Positions 46,166 to 54,674 of a DNA stretch of 64,000 bases are shown here, in pieces; position 1 is the stretch's first letter; each line of letters opens with the position of its first letter. The notes beneath the pieces were generated by a model, which searched no databases, was not told where the DNA came from, and saw only the letters and a list, made by a program, of their open reading frames with translations. The DNA is taken from the NCBI GenBank assembly GCA_022839995.1, contig JALHIN010000005.1, positions 11,878-75,877 on the forward strand, in the 5' to 3' direction. The translations under genes were made by a program, and so were the position numbers. This DNA is from Synergistota bacterium (GTDB taxonomy: Bacteria; Synergistota; Synergistia; Synergistales; 79-D21).

Positions 46166-47335
46166 TCAAGCCTCGCGGCGAAAAGCGCCGAGCTTTTGCA
46201 GCTCGAGGGCTGACCGCAGCATCAGGATTCCCCTGGCATCCCGAAGGTCCAGGCCCGTCAGGCGCCCGATTTTCTGCAGCCGGTAGGACAGGGTGTTCCG
46301 GTGGATGGAAAGAGACCGGGCAACCCGGGCCGGCTCGAAAGGCCGGTCGCACCAGGCCAGGAAGGTCCGAACGAGGTCCCTGGAATCGGGACAGGCGAGG
46401 AGGTCCTTCAGGACGGTTTCGCAAAAGGCCGATGCGCGGTCCTTCGGAATAGTGGACAGGAGGGATTCCATCCGGAGTTCGCCGATGAAGAAGACCCGTT
46501 CGGCCGTGTCCTTCCCGGCGGAAAGGCGGGCGGCCTCGAGGGCGGTCCGGTAGGCTTCGCCCAGGAGGGCTGCCGATGTGGCGATCTCGCCGATTCCGAT
46601 CCAAACCGGAAGCCCCTCCCCCTCAAGGGAAAGTGCCAAAAGCCGGGCGGTTTTCCGAACCTCCCCGAGGGGGTCCTTTTCTTTCGCGGCAAGCCCCAGG
46701 AAAGCAAGGACGACGAGTTTTTCGTCTCCGAGGCGGGTGACGATGTCCTGCGGGTGCGAAAAGAACTTGCGGCCGAGGGCTTGCGCCTCCAGCCGCCTGT
46801 TCAGGGGCACATCCTCGGGGCGGAGGAGCTCCGCCACCAGGACCGCACGGGGCGACCGCAGGTCGTAGCCGAGTTCCCGGCCCCGCATCACCGGGAGGGA
46901 CTCGTCTGCTTTCCGGGGATCGAAAGCGGCGATCTCCAGGATCAACTCCTGGAGGGCCTGTTCCCGCATCATCGCTGAGCGGACCAGGGCGTTCTCCCGG
47001 AGAAGGAGTTCGGCCTGTTTCTGCACGAGACGACCGTACCGGGAGACTTCCTCGGGGGGCCCGGCGATGGCGATGGAGCCGACGACCCGGCCCGCAAGAG
47101 AAATTGGAAGGGTGATCCCCGGGCGGACCCCTTCCGGGAGGTTTTGGGCCTCTTCCTGGGTCGTGATTTCCGGGCGGCGCGTCCGGATGACTTCCAGCGA
47201 AGGACTGTGAAGAGAACCGAGGCGGGACGGGTCGCTCGATCCGATCACGAGACCTTTTTCGTCGGTCAGGAGAACGCTGTAACCGGCGATCTCCGAGGTG
47301 TTTTCTGCAAGTTCCTGTGCGCAGGCCCGCAGCAT
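46166..47335 (-). CDS. CdaR/PucR-family transcriptional regulator (diacid-recognition-type N-domain plus PucR HTH)
   Basis: N-terminus MLRACAQELAENTSEIAGYSVLLTDEKGLVIGSSDPSRLGSLHSPS. C-terminal HTH LSIHRNTLSYRLQKIGRLTGLDLRD. ATG 47335 has an AAAGGAGA SD. Confidence 0.85.
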   Translation of the reverse strand: MLRACAQELAENTSEIAGYSVLLTDEKGLVIGSSDPSRLGSLHSPSLEVIRTRRPEITTQEEAQNLPEGVRPGITLPISLAGRVVGSIAIAGPPEEVSRYGRLVQKQAELLLRENALVRSAMMREQALQELILEIAAFDPRKADESLPVMRGRELGYDLRSPRAVLVAELLRPEDVPLNRRLEAQALGRKFFSHPQDIVTRLGDEKLVVLAFLGLAAKEKDPLGEVRKTARLLALSLEGEGLPVWIGIGEIATSAALLGEAYRTALEAARLSAGKDTAERVFFIGELRMESLLSTIPKDRASAFCETVLKDLLACPDSRDLVRTFLAWCDRPFEPARVARSLSIHRNTLSYRLQKIGRLTGLDLRDARGILMLRSALELQKLGAFRREA

Positions 47336-47384
47336 CGTCAGTCTCCTTTCATTTGTGCAGAAAGACAAAAATCAATGCATTTCC

Positions 47385-47393
47385 TGCGATAAT
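47385..47393 (+). promoter_or_regulatory. possible extended -10 element for the grdE-like operon
   Basis: TGcGATAAT in the AT-richer 185-bp divergent intergenic region. There is no good -35. Confidence 0.3.
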
Positions 47394-47520
47394 TCTAGGT
47401 CAAAAGCCTAATGAAAGCGAGGGAAGAAAACGGATACACTAAGCTGAAAGAAGTTCTGCTGCCTGGGTGTAAAGGCGAAGCTTCAAAGAAAAAGCGGAAC
47501 AAGCGAAGGGAGGGGCCCGA

Positions 47521-48807
47521 ATGAGGCTGGAACTGCACGAAGTCCAGATTTCGGATATCCAGTGGGGGCAGAAGACGGAAGCCGTCGATCACGTGCTTCG
47601 GGTGAACCGTGAAGAGGCCGAGAGCGCGGTTTCCGGCGATGAGCGCTTTGCGTCGGTTCGGCTTGACCTGGCGCGCCCGGGGGAGAGCGTCCGGATCATT
47701 CCCGTCAAGGATGTGGTGGAGCCGCGGGTCAAGTTGAAGGGAGGACGAGGGTATTTCCCGGGTTTCTTCGCTCCGCCGGAAACCGCGGGGGAAGGGGTCA
47801 CGCTGGTCCTCAAGGGGGCGGCCGTGGTGACCTGCGGGCCGATCGTGGCTTTCCAGGAAGGGTTCATCGATATGTCGGGAACGGGTGCCGAATATACGCC
47901 GTTCTCGAAAACCCACAACCTGGTCCTGACGGTCGAACCGGTGGAAGGACTGGGAAAGCATGCCTACGAAGAGGCCCTGAGGCTGGCGGGCCTGAAGCTC
48001 GCCCTGTACCTGGCGGAGTCCTGTCGAGAGGCGAAGGTCGACAGGGTCCGCGTTTTCGAAAAGGGGTCCATCCAGGAGGAGAACGAGAAATACCCGGACC
48101 TGCCGCGGATCCTCTACATCTGCATGGCCATCACCCAGGGCCTGCTTCACGACACGTTCCTCTACGCGGCCGACATGAAGACCGTTCTGCCCACCCTCCT
48201 GCATCCCAACGAGGTGCTGGACGGGGCTCTCGTTTCGGGCAACTGCGTTTCCGCCTGCGACAAGAACACGACGTTCCACCACGTCAACAACCCGGTGGTG
48301 GAGGCTCTCTACAGGCGCCACGGGAAGGACCTGAACTTCCTGGGCGTCGTTCCGACGGTGGAAGACGTCCGGCTGGCCGGCAAGGAGAGGGCCTCTTCGA
48401 TGAACGCGGCACTGGCCAAAAACCTGGGAGCTCACGGGGTCATCGTCACCGAGGAAGGGTACGGCAACCCGGACACGGATCTCTGCCTGAACGCAAGGAA
48501 ATGCGAGAACCTCGGGATCCGCACCGTCGTGATTTCCGACGAAGCCGCCGGGACGGACGGTTCAAGCCAGGGCCTGGCGGACGCAACGCCCGAAATGAGC
48601 GCGTTCGTTTCCTCGGGGAACGTCAACGAGATGATCGAGGTGCCTCCCATGCAGACGGTGCTCGGGCATCCCGAATCGATCGCGAACCTGTCCGGCGGCG
48701 CGGCGGAAAGCCTGAGGCCGGACGGAAGCATGTTCGTGGAACTGCAGGCCGTGATCGGGTCCACCTGCGAACTCGGCTTCAGCCGCATCGGCTGCGAATG
48801 GATCTAG
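47521..48807 (+). CDS. grdE: glycine/sarcosine/betaine reductase component B alpha/beta proprotein (GrdE family)
   Basis: 428 aa, with GNC at residues 240-242. Cys242 is where I recall the self-cleavage and pyruvoyl-forming Cys of GrdE. GGGAGGGG SD. Confidence 0.88.
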   Translation: MRLELHEVQISDIQWGQKTEAVDHVLRVNREEAESAVSGDERFASVRLDLARPGESVRIIPVKDVVEPRVKLKGGRGYFPGFFAPPETAGEGVTLVLKGAAVVTCGPIVAFQEGFIDMSGTGAEYTPFSKTHNLVLTVEPVEGLGKHAYEEALRLAGLKLALYLAESCREAKVDRVRVFEKGSIQEENEKYPDLPRILYICMAITQGLLHDTFLYAADMKTVLPTLLHPNEVLDGALVSGNCVSACDKNTTFHHVNNPVVEALYRRHGKDLNFLGVVPTVEDVRLAGKERASSMNAALAKNLGAHGVIVTEEGYGNPDTDLCLNARKCENLGIRTVVISDEAAGTDGSSQGLADATPEMSAFVSSGNVNEMIEVPPMQTVLGHPESIANLSGGAAESLRPDGSMFVELQAVIGSTCELGFSRIGCEWI

Positions 48808-48818
48808 GCGAGGGAGGA

Positions 48819-50141
48819 ATGAGCACGATGACGATACGGGTTGTCCACTACATCAACCAGTTTTACGCCGGGCTGGGCGGCGAAGAGGCGGCCAACGCGC
48901 TTCCCGAGAGCCGCGAAGGAGCCGTCGGGCCCGGAATGCAGCTGCAAGCCCTCTTCGGGGAGAAAGCAAGGATCGTCGGGACCGTCGTCTGCGGTGACGG
49001 AACCTACGGCGAGCGGACGGAGGAAGCCCGCTCGGAATGCCTTCGGCTCATCGAAGATTTCCGGCCGGACCTTTTCGTCGCCGGGCCCGCTTTCAACGCC
49101 GGCCGGTACGGGTTTGCATGCGGGGACATCTGCTCCACGGTCGGAAAGAAGCTGGGCATTCCCACGGTAACGGCTCTCTACCCGGAAAATCCCGGCGTGG
49201 AGCTTTTCGCGAAGAACACCGTTATCGTCCAGGCGGCGGATAGCGCGAGGGGCATGAAGCCCGCCCTGGAAGGACTGGCCCGCATCGGTCTCAAGCTGGC
49301 CGCCGGTGAGCCGCTGGGTCCGGCAAGGCTGGAAGGGACGATCCCCCGGGGGATCCGGAAGAATTTCTTCTTCGAAAAAAACGGGGCCGAGCGGGCGGTG
49401 GAAATGCTGCTGGAAAAGATCGCAGGCAGGCCCTTCCGAACGGAGTACGAGATGCCGGTCTTCAAGCGGATTCCGCCGGCTCCTCCCATCAAGGACCTGA
49501 AAAAGGCCACCATCGCGCTGGTCTGCTCAGGGGGGATCGTTCCCAGGGGGAACCCGGACCATATCCGGGTCTCTTCCGCCGAAACCTACGGGAAGTACGA
49601 TATTTCCAAGCTGGACGACCTGACCCCGGAAACCTACGAGTCAATCCACGGCGGCTATGACCGGGTTTGGGCCAACGAGGACCCGGACGTGGTCCTCCCG
49701 GTCGACCTCATGCGGGAACTCGAGCGGGAAGGAGTTTTCGGGAAGCTGTATGATTGGATCTATACGACGACGGGAACCGGGACGGCCGTCTCCCACGCGG
49801 AGCGTTTCGGGCGCGAGATCGGGGCCCAGTTGAAAGAGGCGGGCGTCGACGGGGTGATCCTCACATCCACCTGAGGCACCTGCACTCGATGCGGCGCATC
49901 GATGACCCGGGAAATCGAGAAGGCGGCGGGGATCCCCGTCGTCCAGATTGCCACCATCGTCCCGATCATGCTGACGGTTGGATCCAACCGGATCGTTCCG
50001 GGTGTGGCGATTCCCCACCCCGTTGGAGACCCGGCGAAGGGGCCGGAAGCGGACAGGAAGGCCAGGCGAGAACTTCTCCTGAAAGCTCTGGAAGCCATGA
50101 CGACCCCGATCACCGAGCAGACCATTTTCGAAAGGAAGTGA
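48819..50141 (+). CDS. grdB: glycine/sarcosine/betaine reductase component B selenoprotein (GrdB family), Sec encoded by TGA at 49872-49874
   Basis: Track ORFs 48501..49874 and 49902..50141 are in the same frame, separated only by the TGA. The junction reads ILTST-U-GTCTRCGA, the GrdB selenocysteine motif. ATG 48819 with a GGGAGG SD. Confidence 0.9.
49886..49902 (+). promoter_or_regulatory. candidate bacterial SECIS hairpin
   Basis: tcgatgc-ggc-gcatcga is a perfect 7-bp stem starting 11 nt after the UGA, the spacing known for bacterial SECIS elements. Confidence 0.6.
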
Positions 50142-50155
50142 CCTCCTCGACACCC

Positions 50156-51673
50156 ATGAAAAGATCGACCACGCTGATGCCGGTTTCAAAGAACCCGCCG
50201 GCCAAAGTCCGGGACAAGGGGCTCATCCGGCTGGCCAAGGCCGGTGCGGCTGCCTACGATGCCTCGAGGGACCGGATCCTCTGGCTTCCCCTGGGGAAGG
50301 CGATGCTGGAACGGTTGGGAAGCGGGCTTTCCTCCCGCTTCCAGTCCGCCGGTGCCCAACCCGTGGACTGCGGCCAGGGAGAAGGAGGAACCCTCCCGGT
50401 CGCGGTTCGGGTCCTGAAGACCGTCGACCAACTCCCCCTCGCCCTCATGGAGAAAAGCGGGGATTCGATCCTGCTGGAAGGATTCGATCCCGAGGGTTCC
50501 CTGCCCGGGTGGCCGGTTTACGCGGAACGCCTCCTCTCCTTCCTCCAGGAGAGGGGGATGGAACTCTCCGTGTTCCAGGAGGCCCTGCCTTTCGGTGAAA
50601 GGACGGTCATCGCCTGCGGCTGCGACGGGGATGCGCGGGGTGCCCGAGAGTCGCGGACATGTCCCGCCTGCGGATGGACGGCCTCGGTCGACACTTTGCT
50701 CCCGCCGGAAACGCCGCCCGACGAAGAGGAAAGGCCTCTGGAAGCCGTCCTGACTCCGGGCGCGACGACCATCGCGGAGCTTTGCAGGCAGCTGGGATGT
50801 CCCCCGGACCGGACCATCAAGACGATGTTCTATGCCGCGGAAAAGGAAGGCAGGACGTTCGTGGCGGCGGCCCTGGTCCGCGGAGACCGGGCGGTCAACG
50901 TCACGAAGCTTTCCCGGGCCCTGGACGGTGCAGTGGTGAGAAGGGCCGAAAGCGTCGACCTCAAGCAGGCCGGTTGCGACGTGGCGGGATTTTTGGGACC
51001 TGTCGGCCTGCCAGGGACGGTTCAGGTGATTGCCGACCTGTCCGTTGCGGGAACGAAGAACCGCGTGATCGGGGCCAACCGCCCCGAGACCCACTTCACC
51101 GGCGCCTGCTGGGGAAGGGATTACGAGGCACCCGTGGCGGACATCTCCGGGTTGGAGCCCCAAGCCCCTTGCCCGGCCTGCGGAAAACCCGTGGAAAAGG
51201 GGTGGGTCCGGGTTGTTGCCGAATTTGCCAAGGGTCACCCGGCCCTGCCCGCTTTCCCTTCGCTGGGGTACCTGGACGAAAACAGGAAGCGCAAGCTGCC
51301 TGAGGTTTGGCGGGGCCGGATCCAGCTGGAAGCGATCGCCCTGGGTGCTGCGGGGGATGGGGACCGGCCGTTCCGCCGGGGCCTCAGTCCAGCCGACCTC
51401 CTCGTCCTTCCGCTCGAAACGGGCGGGACGGAGGCGGCCAAGGCCGCGGAAAGCCTGGCGGAGAAACTGGAACGAAACGGCTGGGCCGTCCTCCTGGACG
51501 ACCGGGTGCTTCCCGACGGGGTGCGTCTTGCGGAAGCCGCGCTGGTCGGTACTCCGCTGCAGGTCCTCGTCGCGGACGGGCAGGAGGCGGAAGTGATCGG
51601 CGGCGGGGGGAGCCTTGGTCGGGTTTCCCTGGAGGGGGTAGAATCCCTCCTGGAGCCGTTGAGGCTGGATTAA
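50156..51673 (+). CDS. prolyl-tRNA synthetase paralogue retaining the INS (editing) and anticodon-binding domains but lacking class II catalytic motifs
   Basis: 505 aa. The ProRS-like N-terminus (MKRSTTLMPVSKNPPAKV...LAKAG...WLPLG) is present. The INS domain is present (TIAEL, TIKT, LVRGD, GFLGPVG, GAN, WGRD). The HGTP-type C-terminal domain is present (LLVLPL...LLDDR...G). The motif 2 (fRDE) and motif 3 (GIGxxR) regions are not recognisable. Confidence 0.75.
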   Translation: MKRSTTLMPVSKNPPAKVRDKGLIRLAKAGAAAYDASRDRILWLPLGKAMLERLGSGLSSRFQSAGAQPVDCGQGEGGTLPVAVRVLKTVDQLPLALMEKSGDSILLEGFDPEGSLPGWPVYAERLLSFLQERGMELSVFQEALPFGERTVIACGCDGDARGARESRTCPACGWTASVDTLLPPETPPDEEERPLEAVLTPGATTIAELCRQLGCPPDRTIKTMFYAAEKEGRTFVAAALVRGDRAVNVTKLSRALDGAVVRRAESVDLKQAGCDVAGFLGPVGLPGTVQVIADLSVAGTKNRVIGANRPETHFTGACWGRDYEAPVADISGLEPQAPCPACGKPVEKGWVRVVAEFAKGHPALPAFPSLGYLDENRKRKLPEVWRGRIQLEAIALGAAGDGDRPFRRGLSPADLLVLPLETGGTEAAKAAESLAEKLERNGWAVLLDDRVLPDGVRLAEAALVGTPLQVLVADGQEAEVIGGGGSLGRVSLEGVESLLEPLRLD

Positions 51674-51811
51674 TAAGTACCCGAGAGGGGGCGGGGGCAA
51701 AGAGCTTCGCCCCCCCAGTTGATATTTCAGCGGGCAAAAGCGTCGCGTCTTGACTGCATTAAGGCCCCTATCTATACTCGAAGGAAATTCGGTTCAGGAG
51801 GTGTTTTGTGG

Positions 51812-52966
51812 ATGAAGAAGGCTTTAATCATCGCGCTTTTCGTCGTCATGGCTCTTTCTTCCGTCGCATTGGCGGCCACTCCGATCAAGATCGGCTACCT
51901 GGCCAACCTCACGGGTGACGCAGCCACGTGGGGGGTTCACGAGAAGAACGGGGCGATCCTGGCCATCGAAGAAATCAACAAGAAGGGCGGAGTCCTGGGC
52001 CGTCCCCTGGAACTCGTCGTCTACGACGTCAAGGCCAAGGCAGAAGACGCCATCAGCGCCGCTCGGCGCCTGATCCTGGAGGACAAGGTCGTCGCCATCG
52101 GCGGAACGAACTTCAGCGGCCTGAACATCGCGACGGTTCCTATCATCGAGCAGTACAAGGTCCCCCAGATCGGGAGCTACCCGACCAACCCGGCCGTGAC
52201 GGTGGATCCGAAGACCGGCAAAGTCCGCCCCTACTCCTTCCGGATCTGCTTCACGGATCCCTACCAGGGCAAGGTTATTGCCGAGTACCTCTTCAACAAG
52301 CTGGGAATCAAGGAAGCGGCGATCATCCATGACATCGGCAGCGACTACTCCGAGGGGCTGACCGAATACTTCATCAAGACCTACACGGGGCTCGGCGGCA
52401 AGGTCGTCTCCAACCAGGCTTTCCGCAGCGGTGACGTGGACTTCCGCGCCCAGCTGACCAACGCAAAGCAGAGCGGAGCCAAGGCCCTCGTCATGCCGAA
52501 CCTCTACAAGGAAATGTCCCTGATGATGAAGCAGTCCTGGGAACTCGGGTGGAAGCCGGTCTTCATCGGCGGCGACGGCTTCAGCATGAACATGTTCGAA
52601 ATCGCCGGGCCGGCCATGGAAGGCAGCTACTGGATCTACCATCTCAGCTTCGACGACCCGATCCTGAAACCCCTCTATGAAAAATACGAGGCGCGCTTCA
52701 AGGAGAAGCCGACGGAGATCGTCAACACCGTGGCAGCGTACGACATCATCTACTGGATCGCCGACGCCATCAAGAGGGCCGGCAAGGCGGAAGGACCTGC
52801 CGTCCGGGATGCCATCGAGAACACGAAGAACCTGAAACTCCTCCATTTCACCCTGACCGTGGACAAGGCGACCCACAATCCCTTGAACAAGCCTGCCGCC
52901 ATCCTGAAGGCAACCGGCGGGAAGATGGTCTTCCTCGAGACCTACAAGCCCCAGAGCAATTTCTAG
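51812..52966 (+). CDS. ABC transporter substrate-binding protein, branched-chain amino acid (LivK/Peripla_BP_6) type, with no adjacent permease or ATPase
   Basis: Signal peptide MKKALIIALFVVMALSSVALA followed by TPIKIGYLANLTGDAATWG... typical of the LivK-like family. Confidence 0.85.
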   Translation: MKKALIIALFVVMALSSVALAATPIKIGYLANLTGDAATWGVHEKNGAILAIEEINKKGGVLGRPLELVVYDVKAKAEDAISAARRLILEDKVVAIGGTNFSGLNIATVPIIEQYKVPQIGSYPTNPAVTVDPKTGKVRPYSFRICFTDPYQGKVIAEYLFNKLGIKEAAIIHDIGSDYSEGLTEYFIKTYTGLGGKVVSNQAFRSGDVDFRAQLTNAKQSGAKALVMPNLYKEMSLMMKQSWELGWKPVFIGGDGFSMNMFEIAGPAMEGSYWIYHLSFDDPILKPLYEKYEARFKEKPTEIVNTVAAYDIIYWIADAIKRAGKAEGPAVRDAIENTKNLKLLHFTLTVDKATHNPLNKPAAILKATGGKMVFLETYKPQSNF

Positions 52967-52981
52967 TTCCCTTCGACCTCC

Positions 52982-53014
52982 AAAAAAAGCGGGGCCCCTT
53001 GGGGCCCCGCTTTT
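52982..53014. terminator. bidirectional rho-independent terminator
   Basis: AAAAAAA-gcggggcc-ccttgg-ggccccgc-TTTT between convergent genes. Confidence 0.8.
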
Positions 53015-53033
53015 CGATTCCTTTCCCGTGTCC

Positions 53034-54617
53034 CTAGAAGGCAGGCCAGCCTGGCAGCTCGCCGTGGGTGACATACCCTCCCGCGAGGGTGAGTCGGGCC
53101 TTGACTTCCCTTAGATCCATGGGGTCGGCCTTGAAGATGTCGCGGTCGAGGATCGCCAGGTCAGCCAGGTAGCCGGGGGCGATCCGGCCTCTGCGGCCTC
53201 CCTCTCCAACAGCGACCGCCCCGTTGACGGTCCAGAGTTCCAGCGCTTCGTCCAGGGTCAGTTTCTGGTGGGGCTGCCATCCCTCCTCCGGCTTCCCGTC
53301 GTCTCCCACCCTGCAGACGGCCCCCCAGACCCCCCGCCAGGGGGATGGCGGTTCGACGGGGCAGTCGCTGGAACCCGTGACGACGAGCCCGGAATCGACG
53401 AAGGACTTCCAGGGATAGCTCCACGGGATCCTTTCCTCGCCCAGGCGGGCCGTCGCCATGGAAATCTCGCTCGGGACGAAGGCCGGCTGGACGTCCAGGA
53501 CGACCCCCAGTTTTTTGAGGGCCTCCAGTTGGTCCGGGCGGCAGATCATGACGTGGTTGATCCGGTGCGGCAGGCCGCAGGGACAAGGTCCCTCCGCGTA
53601 GGCCGCTTCCACGGCGCGGATGGCCTGGTCGAGCGCCCTGTCGCCGATGGCATGGATGAGCATCTGCAGGCCTCTTTTGTGGGCTTCCTTCACCGTGGCC
53701 ATCAAGGCCCCTTCTTCATGGTTGAGCAGGCCGCACGTCGACGGATCGTCGGCGTACGGGGCACCGAGAGCCGCGGTTCGTCCTCCCAGCGAACCGTCGA
53801 GGAAGAGCTTGAACCCCCCGTAGCGGATCCAGTCGTCTCCAAGTCCGCTCATGACGTTCCACTGGGGCATCCGGTCCTCGTAAAGGACGACTCGAACGGG
53901 CAGCCGCCGTTCCAGCCGGAGGCGCTGGAACGGCGCGAGGTCGTCGGCCAGTCCATAGCCGGAAGCGCTGCAGGTCTGGATCTCGGTCACGCCGAAGCCG
54001 GCGAAATCCCTGCAGGCTTCCTCGATCATCCCCAGGGTCCTGCCGGTTTCCGATCTCCAGGCCTCCATCGCCTTGAGGACCGGGGCGACCTCGGTTTCCA
54101 GGAGGATCCCGTCTCCCCACTGGTCTTCGGGTATGCCCGAGGCAGCCAGAGCGGCGCTGTTGGCCACCTGCACGTGCGTGCAGACGCGCGTCAGGAGGAT
54201 GGGCCTGTCGATGCCCGCGGCGTCCAGGTCGTGGCGGGTCGGGGCCCTGTTCTCGGCCCAGTAGGCATCGTTGTAGCGCACCCCGTGGATCCAGTCGCCG
54301 GGCCGGGTTCCGGCTGCGGCGTCCCGGAGGGCCTGGAGGGCTTCGGCCAGGGATTTCGTCTCGAAGAGGGAGACCCCGGCCCTTTGCTTGGAGTAATAGA
54401 GAAGGTGAAGGTGTGCGTCGGTCATCCCCGGGATCACCGTTTCACCTGCCAGGTCCAGGGTCTGCGCGCCTCTCGCGCATTCATGGTTTTGTACCTCCGC
54501 GGACGATCCGACGGCGAGGATCCGCTCCCCCCGTACAAGGACGGCCTCCGCTCGCGGGTTCCTGCGGTCGGCAGTCCAGACCGTACCTCCGCGGATCAAC
54601 AGGCACTTTTCATCCAC
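53034..54617 (-). CDS. YtcJ-like metal-dependent amidohydrolase (Amidohydro_3)
   Basis: PGMTDAHLHLLYYS metal-binding motif, IHAIGDRA and HRINHV. The preferred start is GTG 54617, with a GGAGGAGGG SD. The track start is 54656. Confidence 0.85.
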   Translation of the reverse strand: MDEKCLLIRGGTVWTADRRNPRAEAVLVRGERILAVGSSAEVQNHECARGAQTLDLAGETVIPGMTDAHLHLLYYSKQRAGVSLFETKSLAEALQALRDAAAGTRPGDWIHGVRYNDAYWAENRAPTRHDLDAAGIDRPILLTRVCTHVQVANSAALAASGIPEDQWGDGILLETEVAPVLKAMEAWRSETGRTLGMIEEACRDFAGFGVTEIQTCSASGYGLADDLAPFQRLRLERRLPVRVVLYEDRMPQWNVMSGLGDDWIRYGGFKLFLDGSLGGRTAALGAPYADDPSTCGLLNHEEGALMATVKEAHKRGLQMLIHAIGDRALDQAIRAVEAAYAEGPCPCGLPHRINHVMICRPDQLEALKKLGVVLDVQPAFVPSEISMATARLGEERIPWSYPWKSFVDSGLVVTGSSDCPVEPPSPWRGVWGAVCRVGDDGKPEEGWQPHQKLTLDEALELWTVNGAVAVGEGGRRGRIAPGYLADLAILDRDIFKADPMDLREVKARLTLAGGYVTHGELPGWPAF

Positions 54618-54674
54618 GCGACTCCCTCCTCCGTGATGTGCGCAAGTTCGCTTCATTATAGCAAAGACATCCTG

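Noticed and set aside
50186-51700. 504-aa minus-strand ORF opposite the ProRS-like gene.
   Set aside because: It has no recognisable domain and a Pro/Arg/Gly-rich composition. The plus-strand frame shows clear ProRS N-terminal, INS and anticodon-binding homology.
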